The notes below the pieces were generated by a model. The model was not told the DNA's origin. It saw nothing but the letters and a program-made list of their open reading frames with translations, and made no database searches. From NCBI GenBank assembly GCA_007376445.1, contig VMGF01000001.1:316203-380202 (forward strand): a stretch of DNA of 64,000 bases, given 5' to 3'. Position 1 is the stretch's first letter. Each line of letters opens with the position of its first letter. Of this stretch, positions 35,614 to 44,072 are shown piece by piece. The translations under genes were made by a program, and so were the position numbers. Origin of the DNA: Parcubacteria group bacterium Gr01-1014_3 (GTDB taxonomy: Bacteria > Patescibacteriota > Minisyncoccia > UBA6257 > WO2-44-18).

Positions 35614-37676
35614 AGCTCATAATCGTAGAATCGCCCACTAAAGCTAAAACTATCTCTAAATTCTTAGGGCCTGATTACAAGGTGGAGTCTTCTTATGGTC
35701 ACGTGCGCGATCTTCCCAAAAGCAAACTTGGGGTTGATTTGGAGAATAATTTTGAACTTCAATATGTTATTCCGGTGAAAGCCAGGAAAGTTGTTAACCA
35801 GCTTAAAAAAGACGCGAAAGATAGCGATGAGGTAATTCTCGCGACTGATGAAGACAGAGAAGGCGAGGCGATCGCTTGGCATTTGAGTCAGGCGCTTGGA
35901 TTAAAAGACCAGAAAAATATTAAACGGATCGTTTTTCACGAAATTACCAAAGCCGCGATTGAAAAAGCTCTGCAAAATCCGAGATCGCTTGATCTGAACA
36001 TGGTGGACGCCCAGCAGGCGCGCCGCGCGCTCGACCGCCTGGTGGGTTACAAGCTTTCGCCGTTCTTATGGAAAAAGGTAGCGCGGGGATTGTCGGCTGG
36101 CCGCGTGCAATCCGTGGCGGTGCGGTTGATCGTTGACCGGGAAAACGAGATCCGGGCTTTCAAGCCGGAGGAATACTACACCATCATCGCTAATCTGAAG
36201 GCGGAGTCTGTGACGGCTCCAGTTGAGGCGCTCCTTTCTAAGATCGATGGAAAGTCTTTGGAGAAATTTGATATTAAGAACGGTGAGCAGGCGAACGAAA
36301 TAGTCAGCGATCTCAAAAAACAGAAATTTGTTGTTTCGAATGTGGAAAAGCGAACGGCCAAAAAGAATCCGCCACCGCCGTTCATCACCAGCACGCTTCA
36401 GCAGGAAGCCGTAAAAAGGCTGGGATTTTCTTCAAAGAAAACGATGTTTATCGCCCAACGTCTTTACGAACAAGGTTTGATCACCTATATGCGCACCGAT
36501 TCGGTGAATCTTTCCCAAGACGCGCTTATCGCCGCCAAAAGCTGGCTGGAGAAAACTTTCGGCGCTGAATACGCCGCCGCCGCGCCGCGCGTGTTCGCCG
36601 GTAAATCCCGTCTCGCCCAGGAAGCTCACGAAGCGATCCGCCCGACCGATGTGTCCAACGCGCCGGAAGATCTGAAAGATGAAAGTGATAAAAAACTTTA
36701 CAAAATGATCTGGCAGAGATTTTTGGGTTCGCAGATGCCGGAGGCCAGGGTCGCGCTGTCTTCTCTAGAGATCACCGCGGGAAAATATACCCTGAAGGCC
36801 AGCGGCCAGCAGATCATTTTTGATGGCTACCTTAAAATCTGGCCACAAAAGTTTTCAGAAAAAGAATTGCCGGTGCTGGCGAAGAACTCCGCTCTTGATC
36901 TGGCCGAGGCGAACGCCCTTCAGCACTTTACTGAGCCACCAGCCCGTTATTCTGAAGCCAGCTTAATTAAAGTCTTGGAAGAATACGGCATCGGCCGGCC
37001 TTCAACCTACGCGCCGATCATTTCGGTGATTCAGACACGCAACTATGTCCAAAAAGAAAAAGGCCGCTTCGTGCCGACCGAAACCGGAGAACTGGTCAAT
37101 AAAGTGATGACCGAGCATTTCGCGGCAGTGGTGGATATCGATTTTACCGCCAACATGGAAGAAGAGTTGGACCATATCGCGGACGGCAAGGAAAAATGGC
37201 AGGACGTGATCGGAAAATTCTACGGTCCATTCGCGAAAAATCTGGAAGAGAAATATCTGGAAGTTTCCAAGGCACCAGAAGAAACAACCGATGAGAAATG
37301 CGAAAAATGCGGAAAGCCGATGCTGATCAAAGCCGGCCGGTTTGGCAAATTCATGGCTTGCTCCGGTTTTCCGGATTGCAAAACCACCAAACCACTGCCG
37401 AAATCAGCGCCGAAGCTGACGGGGATCAAGTGTGAAAAATGCGGCGAAGGTGAATTAGTTGAGCGCCGGGTTAACAAGGGCCGGGCTCGCGGAAAGTTTT
37501 TCTGGGGCTGTTCGAAATATCCCAAGTGCGATAACGCGACCTGGCAAGATCCGACTAAGAAAGAAGGAGAGGGCGTCGTGACGGACGGCGCGAAGGCTGT
37601 TGAAAAGCCCGCTGACACTGACAGCGAATCCGAAACACCGGAAGGACCAGAAGAGCTCGATGTCGAATCAAAGTAA
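35610..37676 (+). CDS. topA: DNA topoisomerase I
   Basis: It has the Toprim N-terminus MKLIIVESPTKAKTI, the catalytic region, and three C-terminal CxxC zinc ribbons. The listed ORF start at 35535 is an N-terminal over-extension. Confidence 0.9.
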   Translation: MKLIIVESPTKAKTISKFLGPDYKVESSYGHVRDLPKSKLGVDLENNFELQYVIPVKARKVVNQLKKDAKDSDEVILATDEDREGEAIAWHLSQALGLKDQKNIKRIVFHEITKAAIEKALQNPRSLDLNMVDAQQARRALDRLVGYKLSPFLWKKVARGLSAGRVQSVAVRLIVDRENEIRAFKPEEYYTIIANLKAESVTAPVEALLSKIDGKSLEKFDIKNGEQANEIVSDLKKQKFVVSNVEKRTAKKNPPPPFITSTLQQEAVKRLGFSSKKTMFIAQRLYEQGLITYMRTDSVNLSQDALIAAKSWLEKTFGAEYAAAAPRVFAGKSRLAQEAHEAIRPTDVSNAPEDLKDESDKKLYKMIWQRFLGSQMPEARVALSSLEITAGKYTLKASGQQIIFDGYLKIWPQKFSEKELPVLAKNSALDLAEANALQHFTEPPARYSEASLIKVLEEYGIGRPSTYAPIISVIQTRNYVQKEKGRFVPTETGELVNKVMTEHFAAVVDIDFTANMEEELDHIADGKEKWQDVIGKFYGPFAKNLEEKYLEVSKAPEETTDEKCEKCGKPMLIKAGRFGKFMACSGFPDCKTTKPLPKSAPKLTGIKCEKCGEGELVERRVNKGRARGKFFWGCSKYPKCDNATWQDPTKKEGEGVVTDGAKAVEKPADTDSESETPEGPEELDVESK

Positions 37677-37691
37677 AAAATAAACCACCGC

Positions 37692-38720
37692 TTAATAGGC
37701 GGTGGTTTTGGTAATGTGATACGGTTCTTCGGCGTTGCGGCCGATACTCCAGAGCAGATTGTCTAGCTCCACGATCGTGACCTCGTTCAAGCTGAGAGCC
37801 TTCCTGGCTTCATTGATATCATTCAGCATCTTGGCAACCGCGTAGATCGTGGCGACGCGGATCTCGGTTTCTTCCTGGCCGTATTGTTCGATCGGCTGGC
37901 GCTTCGCGATTCTTTCTCCGAAATCGTGTTCATACAGCAAGATCTTATATTTTCGGAGCGCGTTCGGCACGGCGCAGTCGGCGATCGGACCGATTTCTTC
38001 AATGTTCTTGAGCGGTTTTAGCTCACCATCCGAGTTTAGCGCCCGGCCCTGATAAACCAGTGGCCACAACTGAGCGCGTTTATTGAAATGCAAGGTGTGG
38101 CTTCGGGATTGATCTTTTCCAAATTGGAAGACCATCCTATCGCTCCCGAAAGTTTTTGGAAAAGTGGCCTGCAGCAGTTCTAGTATGCCTTTATCAGAAT
38201 TTTTTTCGGATGAAGCCGCTTCATAACTCGCGCATTCCAGAAGATTTTTGGGATCGCCGTCAAACCAATTTAGCAATTCTTCGGCTGTTTCGATCAGGAA
38301 TTCGCGACGCTCATCAAGCAGAGGGATGGCGACATTGCCTCGAAAGAACTGTTCCGCCTCTTCCTTGATGTTCATAATATGGATGAGCTTTTTGCAGTCA
38401 ACCGGCCGATTTTCGAATTGACGATAGAAGCAGGCGGCCATAGCGGCCGAACCGCGGAGATCGCCAACGGAAAATCTTTCGCCGGTATTTTCCGGATTGG
38501 TGAAGCAAAAATCAATCGCGCATTCAAACAGACTCTGGGAGATGAAAGCGGCATGATTTTCAGGAAAAGCCCCCTTCATCTTCCAGTCTGGCGGGGTGAA
38601 TTTGTATGTCGCGAGATTCCGCGCGCACTGATCCAGGTTACCTTCATCCAAATATACAAATTTCTTTTCGAATTCCGGATTTTGCCACAGTTCGATGATT
38701 TGCTTTGTGGCCTGATTCAT
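37692..38720 (-). CDS. queuosine salvage protein, Qng1/DUF2419 family (queuosine 5'-phosphate N-glycosylase-like)
   Basis: Several blocks parallel the eukaryotic Qng1 (C9orf64) family: LLDERREFLIETAEELLNWFDG, KRAQLWPLVYQ, ETEIRVATIYAVAKML and LDNLLW. This is from memory of the family, with no database check. Confidence 0.55.
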   Translation of the reverse strand: MNQATKQIIELWQNPEFEKKFVYLDEGNLDQCARNLATYKFTPPDWKMKGAFPENHAAFISQSLFECAIDFCFTNPENTGERFSVGDLRGSAAMAACFYRQFENRPVDCKKLIHIMNIKEEAEQFFRGNVAIPLLDERREFLIETAEELLNWFDGDPKNLLECASYEAASSEKNSDKGILELLQATFPKTFGSDRMVFQFGKDQSRSHTLHFNKRAQLWPLVYQGRALNSDGELKPLKNIEEIGPIADCAVPNALRKYKILLYEHDFGERIAKRQPIEQYGQEETEIRVATIYAVAKMLNDINEARKALSLNEVTIVELDNLLWSIGRNAEEPYHITKTTAY

Positions 38721-38792
38721 CCCGGTTATCCTTTCTGATGGCGAACGCTGTTGAAAAAGAACCTGTCGTAGAATAATCTGAAACTAGATGAC

Positions 38793-38850
38793 GGTCAACC
38801 CCGCACCTTTCTAAGAGTGAGGCCAATACACGAAGTGCTCTTAGAAAGGT
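38793..38850 (+). promoter_or_regulatory. 19-bp perfect inverted repeat hairpin in the divergent region between qng1-like and rel
   Basis: ccccgcacctttctaagag-(20 nt loop)-ctcttagaaaggtgcgggg immediately precedes the rel SD ggagc. A candidate -35/-10 (ttgaaa N17 taatct) lies at about 38752-38780. Confidence 0.5.
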
Positions 38851-40588
38851 GCGGGGTCAAGGAGCTTTTATGAACGTAAAAGAACTTATTCAAAAAGACA
38901 AATACAGCCTAGTGGCGAGAGCCTATGAGTTCGCCCGCAAAGCCCACTTGGGCCAGAAGCGGAAAAACGGCGAACCTTACTTTACGCACGTCGTAGCCGC
39001 CGCTGACTCGGTTTTGGAATGGGGGCTGGATGATGAGACTGCCGCCGCGGCTTTGTTGCACGATGTCGTCGAAGATACGCCTCACCCGATCCAGGAGATC
39101 CGGGAAACATTCGGAGAGGAAGTCGCTTTCCTGGTGGATGGCGTCACCAAGATTGGCAAGGTCCGCTATCGGGGCATTGAGGCCAAGGTGGAAAATCTCC
39201 GGAAATTTATTTTGTATCTCAGCCAGGACATGCGCGTGATCTTGGTGAAGTTGGCCGATCGTCTTCATAATATGAAGACTTTGTATGCAGTTCAGCCGCA
39301 AAAGCAAAAGCGGATCGCGCTCGAAACCATGGAGATCTACGCGCCTCTCGCGTACCGCTTGGGTATGCAGAGGCTGAGTGGAGAGCTGGAAGATCTGTCC
39401 TTTCCATATATTTATCCAGAGGAGCATAAGTGGCTGATCGGTCATGTTAAAGAGCGCTTCGAGGAGCGGGAACGTTTCGCGCAAAAACTTCGCCCGGTTA
39501 TTGAAAAAGAACTTAATAAGAATGGCATTGAATCGGTCCGGATTGATTCACGCGCTAAACGGTATACGAGTTTATATAAAAAATTGCTCCGCTATGATAT
39601 GAACGTCGAGAGCATCTACGATCTCGTGGCTATCCGCATCATCGTTCCTTCGCTGGAGGACTGTTACTCGGCGCTGGGTATCGTCCACAAAATGTACCCG
39701 CCGGTACCTCATCGTTTCAAAGACTATGTCGCTCTTCCGAAGTCCAACGGTTATCGGAGTTTACACACCACGGTTTTCGGTCCGGAAAATAAGATCACCG
39801 AAATCCAGATAAAAACCGAGCAGATGCATGATGAAGCGGAGCATGGCATCGCCGCGCATTTCGCCTATCAAAAAACCAAAGACTCCAAGGATTATCTCAA
39901 GCGCAACGCCGCTTTTGCCGACAAAAAGGAGCTGGTTTGGGTTCAACAGCTGAAGAACTGGCAAAAGGGTTTTACGAATCCGGAAGAATTCCTGGCTTCT
40001 TTGAAGATAGACTTCTTTCAGGACAGGATATTAGCGCTCACGCCTAAGGGCGAAGTCTTTGATCTGCCGTTTGGCGCGACACCGGTAGATTTCGCCTATC
40101 AGATCCACACCGAAATCGGGAATCATTGCTCCGGCGTAAAGATCAACGGCAAGATCGGCACACTCGATCATTTGTTGAAATCCGGCGATATCGTGGAGAT
40201 CATCACGCAAAAAAATAAGAACCCCTCGGATTCCTGGCTTAACTTCGTACGCACCGGATCGGCCAAAAATCATATCCGCGCCGCTTTGCGCCACGGGAAG
40301 ACCACCTTAAATAAGAGCGAACCGCAGTTCACGGATTTTCGTCTGGCCGTAGCAAATAGAGATGGACTATTTAATGAGATTTCAAACTTAATATCCCGTT
40401 CGCACGGAAATATCCTGACGCTTAACGCTCAAACCACGACCAACGCCAAAGGCGGGCAAGCCGGCAATCAAAAACACACTCTACTCAAAATTCGTTGCGC
40501 GGTTTTGGCGAAAGATAAATCTGAAAAGATGCTGGAGAAGTTAAAAGGGTTTAAGGAAATAAAGGAAATTTCTTACAAGTCGGTTTAG
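38849..40588 (+). CDS. rel: bifunctional (p)ppGpp synthetase/hydrolase Rel/SpoT homolog (short, lacks ACT domain)
   Basis: It has an HD hydrolase domain HLGQKRKNGEPYFTHV...LHDVVEDT, a synthetase domain RIDSRAKRYTSLYKKL...YRSLHTTVFGP, and a TGS domain. It ends before a canonical ACT domain. The start may be the Met at 38870. Confidence 0.85.
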   Translation: MRGQGAFMNVKELIQKDKYSLVARAYEFARKAHLGQKRKNGEPYFTHVVAAADSVLEWGLDDETAAAALLHDVVEDTPHPIQEIRETFGEEVAFLVDGVTKIGKVRYRGIEAKVENLRKFILYLSQDMRVILVKLADRLHNMKTLYAVQPQKQKRIALETMEIYAPLAYRLGMQRLSGELEDLSFPYIYPEEHKWLIGHVKERFEERERFAQKLRPVIEKELNKNGIESVRIDSRAKRYTSLYKKLLRYDMNVESIYDLVAIRIIVPSLEDCYSALGIVHKMYPPVPHRFKDYVALPKSNGYRSLHTTVFGPENKITEIQIKTEQMHDEAEHGIAAHFAYQKTKDSKDYLKRNAAFADKKELVWVQQLKNWQKGFTNPEEFLASLKIDFFQDRILALTPKGEVFDLPFGATPVDFAYQIHTEIGNHCSGVKINGKIGTLDHLLKSGDIVEIITQKNKNPSDSWLNFVRTGSAKNHIRAALRHGKTTLNKSEPQFTDFRLAVANRDGLFNEISNLISRSHGNILTLNAQTTTNAKGGQAGNQKHTLLKIRCAVLAKDKSEKMLEKLKGFKEIKEISYKSV

Positions 40589-41559
40589 ACTGTGAAATCT
40601 TGCGGGGGGTACTGCTCGCCCTCTACTGGCTGCCTGCCAGGTAGTGAAAGTTCGGCAGGCTCGCCAGAGGCGAGCGGATCAGCAGTGGCCGAACTTCTAC
40701 TACCTGGTTCCGGGATTATTCTTTGCACGATATTCATCAGTTCTTCGGGAGAATAAAAAGCGATGGTCAGTTTGCCCGTGGCGCCGTCCTGCTCGAGTTT
40801 TACTTTTGTACCAAGCGCGGCTTCCAGGTCTTGTTGTACGCGGAGCAGTTCTGGATTAACGCCATAATTTAAAATCTCTGGCGCCGGCTGGGCTTTTTCT
40901 TGTTTCACTTTATCGATCCGGGATTTTAATTCGCGGACGCTGAGGTTGTTGCGTATAATATCCTCAAAAAGGAAATTTTGCTGCTGGATATCCGGCACGC
41001 TGAGAAGTAGGCGGCCCTGGCTTTCGTTGATCTGGCCACGGGCGACCGCGTCTTGGATCGGGGTCGGAAGAGCGAGCAGGCGGATGGTGTTGGCGACCAC
41101 CTCACGGCTTTTACCAAGGCGGGCGCCGATCTCGCGCTGGGTCAGGTTGAACTCATCCTGAAGCCGGGAGTAGGCGCGGGCGGCTTCGATGGCGTTTAAG
41201 TTGGAGCGCTGGACGTTTTCCAAGATAGCCAACTCCAACCGATCCCGATCGCGATTGATGCTTTTGATGATCGCCGGAATACGTTCCAGGCCGGCCATCT
41301 GGGAAGCTCGCCAGCGCCGTTCACCGGCGATAAGCTGATACTGAACTTGTGTGCCCGTCTCAGTTTCCTGCTCAACCTTGGTGACGATGATCGGCTGAAG
41401 CACGCCGAATTCTCGGATGGAAGCCGCGAGCTCGCCCAATTCTTGTTCGTTAAATTCCCGCCGTGGCTGATACGGGTTAGGGGAGATCCGGTCGGTTTCA
41501 ATTAAAAAAACTGGGCCTTGAATCGGTAAGTCTTCCATAATATTCACAGTATAGCCCAA
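40585..41559 (-). CDS. parB: chromosome partitioning protein ParB/Spo0J
   Basis: It has the ParB box GERRWRA and an HTH. The native C-terminus KLTIAFYSPEELMNIVQRII is extended by about 35 aa that read into Family A element copy 2. Confidence 0.85.
   Translation of the reverse strand: MGYTVNIMEDLPIQGPVFLIETDRISPNPYQPRREFNEQELGELAASIREFGVLQPIIVTKVEQETETGTQVQYQLIAGERRWRASQMAGLERIPAIIKSINRDRDRLELAILENVQRSNLNAIEAARAYSRLQDEFNLTQREIGARLGKSREVVANTIRLLALPTPIQDAVARGQINESQGRLLLSVPDIQQQNFLFEDIIRNNLSVRELKSRIDKVKQEKAQPAPEILNYGVNPELLRVQQDLEAALGTKVKLEQDGATGKLTIAFYSPEELMNIVQRIIPEPGSRSSATADPLASGEPAELSLPGRQPVEGEQYPPQDFTV
40637..40707. repeat. Family A inverted-repeat element, copy 2 (71 nt; CCAGGTAGTGAAAGTTCGGC ... 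GCCGAACTTCTACTACCTGG)
   Basis: It has the same termini as copies 1 and 3, including the conserved TGAAA/TAGAA asymmetry. Its internal stem has a different sequence but remains complementary. Confidence 0.8.
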
Positions 41560-41606
41560 AGTTGAAAATTTGAGTAGAAAGTTTTACAATAGCAAGGACT
41601 AGCTAT

Positions 41607-41689
41607 GCTCGGGTGGCGGAACGGCAGACGCAATGGACTCAAAATCCATCGATCGCAAGGTCATGAGGGTTCAAGTCCCTCCCCGAGCA
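41607..41689 (+). tRNA. tRNA-Leu(CAA), type II
   Basis: The cloverleaf is GCTCGGG-TG-GCG...-ATGGA-CTCAAAA-TCCAT-long variable arm-GAGGG-TTCAAGT-CCCTC-CCCGAGC-A. Confidence 0.8.
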
Positions 41690-42066
41690 CACTTCGACTC
41701 GCTTTGCTCGCTCAGTGTAAACACTGACGAGGCGAAGTACCCTGAGCCCGTCGAAGGGCCTCAATATTTTTTATGAATTGGTTTGTATATATTGCCGAAT
41801 CAAAATTTGGACATTATTATACCGGAATTACCACGGATCCTTCGCAGCGGATAATTAAACACAATACTGGCAGGGGATCTCAGATGGGAAAGCAGCAGGG
41901 GCCATTTGAACTGATCTATGCCTCCAGGCCATTTCCCAATAAATCCGAAGCGCGAAAAAGAGAAATCCAAATCAAGGGTTGGACTAGAGATAAAAAAAGA
42001 AAGCTAATATTAGGAGAATGGGTCTAATTTACTCCGAGCACATTTCGACTTCGCTCAGTGTAAACA
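41683..42066 (+). mobile_element. small integrated element carrying a GIY-YIG nuclease gene, bounded by direct repeats of the tRNA-Leu(CAA) 3' end
   Basis: DR-A at 41683-41723 (ccgagcacacttcgactcgctttgctcgctcagtgtaaaca) includes the last 7 nt of the tRNA. DR-B at 42034-42066 (ccgagcacatttcgacttcgctcagtgtaaaca) lies immediately after the GIY-YIG stop. Confidence 0.7.
41773..42027 (+). CDS. GIY-YIG nuclease superfamily protein (small, URI-domain only)
   Basis: FVYIAESKFGHYYTGITTDPSQRIIKHN matches the GIY-(10-11)-YIG plus R/H core. Confidence 0.75.
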   Translation: MNWFVYIAESKFGHYYTGITTDPSQRIIKHNTGRGSQMGKQQGPFELIYASRPFPNKSEARKREIQIKGWTRDKKRKLILGEWV

Positions 42067-42103
42067 AACTAAAAAACCTCCACAGCGTGGAGGTTTAAAT
42101 TAT

Positions 42104-42808
42104 TTATGAAATCAGGGTACCAGCCGCTTCGCCGTTGATCGCCTTGAGTAAGTTGCCTTGCTCAAAGACTTTGAATATGAAGATTGGCATCTTTTTCATC
42201 TCGGCCTGGGCGACGGCGCTTCGGTCGAGGATGCCGCCGAGACCGCGTTTCAGGAATTCGTTGTAGCTGATCTTGGGGTAGCGCTTGGCATCAGGATTAC
42301 GCATCGGATCGCTTGCGTAAACACCGTCGACCTTCGTGCCTTTCATCACCACGTCCGCGCCGATATCCGAAGCGCGCAGGACTGCCGCGGTGTCGGTGGT
42401 GACACCAGAATTTCCGGTACCGCCAGCCAATACAACAACTCGACCTTTTTCCAGGTGCCGAAGAGCTCGTCGAATAATGTATGGTTCAGCGACCTTGTTA
42501 ACTTCAATTGAAGTCATAACCCTAGTTTGAAGGCCTTCCCGATCTAGAAAGTCTTGTAACATAAGGGCATTTTGAATTGTGGCCATCATACCGATATGAT
42601 CAGCCGTGGCGCTGTCCGTGCCGAAGTTTTCCGTGAGATAGCTACCGCGGACTATGTTGCCGCCGCCGATCACGATGGCTAGCTGGACTTGGCCATGGAT
42701 AGACTTGATCTCATCCGCCAAAAAATCCAAACGCTTCCGGTCAAAGATGTGGCTCTCGCCTTTTAAGGCCTCGCCAGTGATCTTCAACAAGACCCTTTTA
42801 TATGCCAT
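42104..42808 (-). CDS. pyrH: uridylate kinase
   Basis: It has KRVLLKITGEAL...AIVIGGGNIVRG and TGNSGVTTDTAA motifs. The start is probably MAYKR at 42808, with SD gaaggaggtgg. A bidirectional terminator aaaaacctccacagcgtggaggttt lies at about 42076-42100. Confidence 0.9.
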   Translation of the reverse strand: MAYKRVLLKITGEALKGESHIFDRKRLDFLADEIKSIHGQVQLAIVIGGGNIVRGSYLTENFGTDSATADHIGMMATIQNALMLQDFLDREGLQTRVMTSIEVNKVAEPYIIRRALRHLEKGRVVVLAGGTGNSGVTTDTAAVLRASDIGADVVMKGTKVDGVYASDPMRNPDAKRYPKISYNEFLKRGLGGILDRSAVAQAEMKKMPIFIFKVFEQGNLLKAINGEAAGTLIS

Positions 42809-42941
42809 TCCGCCACCTCCTTCAAAGAGCCGAAACTTCATATATAGTAGGTGGAAAATAGGCTAAAATCAAGCATATTTAGCTCTCTTGACATTTGGCT
42901 AAAAATATGATAATATATACCCAGCGAAGTACACCTCAGAA

Positions 42942-43460
42942 ATGGGGCTTTTAAATCTCAGAAGAGATTTACAACCCAGGGGCGTACCGCTTAAAAACAT
43001 GACTAATCTCATTCAAAAGGTAGTTAATGGAGTTATCTCATTGGCCATTATCGTTAATGCCCAAGCTATTACTCCGGCTACTCAATTCACTACTTTGGAC
43101 CTTGAGAATGCCTTTGTTGAAGCGGACTTGAACGCCACTGCGCTGGTCGCCAAAACTCCTTTAGAGGAGGGTGTTCGTAGGATGATGGTGGATATGACTG
43201 CCTATTCTTCGACTCCCGGCCAGACTGATGATTCGCCGTTTATTACGGCTTCCGGTCATCATGTTCGCGATGGTATCGTAGCGGCTAACTTCCTTCCAAT
43301 GTACACCCAGATCAAGATCCCCGAGCTTTTCGGCGAGAAGGTCTTCGTGGTTGAGGATAGGATGAACCGCCGTTACACTCACCGTGTCGACATTTGGTTT
43401 GCCGATACCAAGGATGCTTGGAAATTCGGTCTCAAGCGTGTAGAGATAGTGGTATTGTAA
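42942..43460 (+). CDS. 3D-domain (MltA-like) protein with signal/TM anchor
   Basis: MTAYSSTPGQTDDSPFITASGHHVRDGIVAAN...VDIWFADTKDAWKFG fits the 3D (three-Asp) domain pattern. Confidence 0.65.
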   Translation: MGLLNLRRDLQPRGVPLKNMTNLIQKVVNGVISLAIIVNAQAITPATQFTTLDLENAFVEADLNATALVAKTPLEEGVRRMMVDMTAYSSTPGQTDDSPFITASGHHVRDGIVAANFLPMYTQIKIPELFGEKVFVVEDRMNRRYTHRVDIWFADTKDAWKFGLKRVEIVVL

Positions 43461-43536
43461 ACCCAAAAGCGCCCCTCGCGGGCGCTTTTGGTTAGTTGAA
43501 AAAAAGTCGAAAAAAGATAATACTATAACTAGTTTC

Positions 43537-43609
43537 AGGCCGCATAGCCAAGTGGTAAGGCAGAAGTCTGCAAAACTTCTATGCGCCGGTTCGATTCCGG
43601 CTGCGGCCT
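43537..43609 (+). tRNA. tRNA-Cys(GCA)
   Basis: The cloverleaf is GGCCGCA...GAAGT-CTGCAAA-ACTTC...GCCGG-TTCGATT-CCGGC-TGCGGCC-T. The discriminator is U. Confidence 0.85.
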
Positions 43610-43638
43610 CCGCGAATTTTTCGCGAATATACAGATTT

Positions 43639-43719
43639 GCCCGGGTGGTGAAATGGCAGACACACATCCCTTAAGAGGATGCGCCGCAAGGCTTGCCGGT
43701 TCGAGTCCGGCCCCGGGCA
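43639..43719 (+). tRNA. tRNA-Leu(TAA), type II
   Basis: The cloverleaf is GCCCGGG-TG-GTG...-CATCC-CTTAAGA-GGATG-long arm-GCCGG-TTCGAGT-CCGGC-CCCGGGC-A. Confidence 0.85.
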
Positions 43720-44072
43720 CAATAGATAAAATGCAAACAAAATGCCAGCACAAAAATAGGAGAATCCAATCAACACCGTCGTTTCATCAGTCGGGTTTTA
43801 CCCCAACTATTTCAGAATGTGTAGATTGCAAGTTAGTCATGCAAGAGACGGAATTTCTTCAATTTGAAGCTGTGGTCGAGCTTACAAATTGGCAAAAGTG
43901 GATTCCGATGTTCATTTCAGGGATCGCATTAGTAGTCTCCGTAGTTGGTACCTGGATTAGTTGGTATAAATAATTTTTTCTCTACTCCCGCCAAAGGCGG
44001 TGCCCAAAAATTTATATTGACGTTAATATAAAATTATGCTATAAAATGCGGGTGTCGTAAGATTCAGGCACA

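Noticed and set aside
40580-40590. ggtttagac at both the valS stop and the rel stop, each a few nt before a Family A element
   Set aside because: It is only a 9-mer that includes the TAG stop and is absent at copy 3. It is treated as coincidence, though it could mark a preferred insertion context.
43535-43973. ORFs of 65-130 aa overlapping tRNA-Cys and tRNA-Leu(TAA) on both strands
   Set aside because: They overlap well-formed tRNA cloverleafs. Only the distal 43830-43973 part could be a tiny membrane peptide, and that is unsupported.
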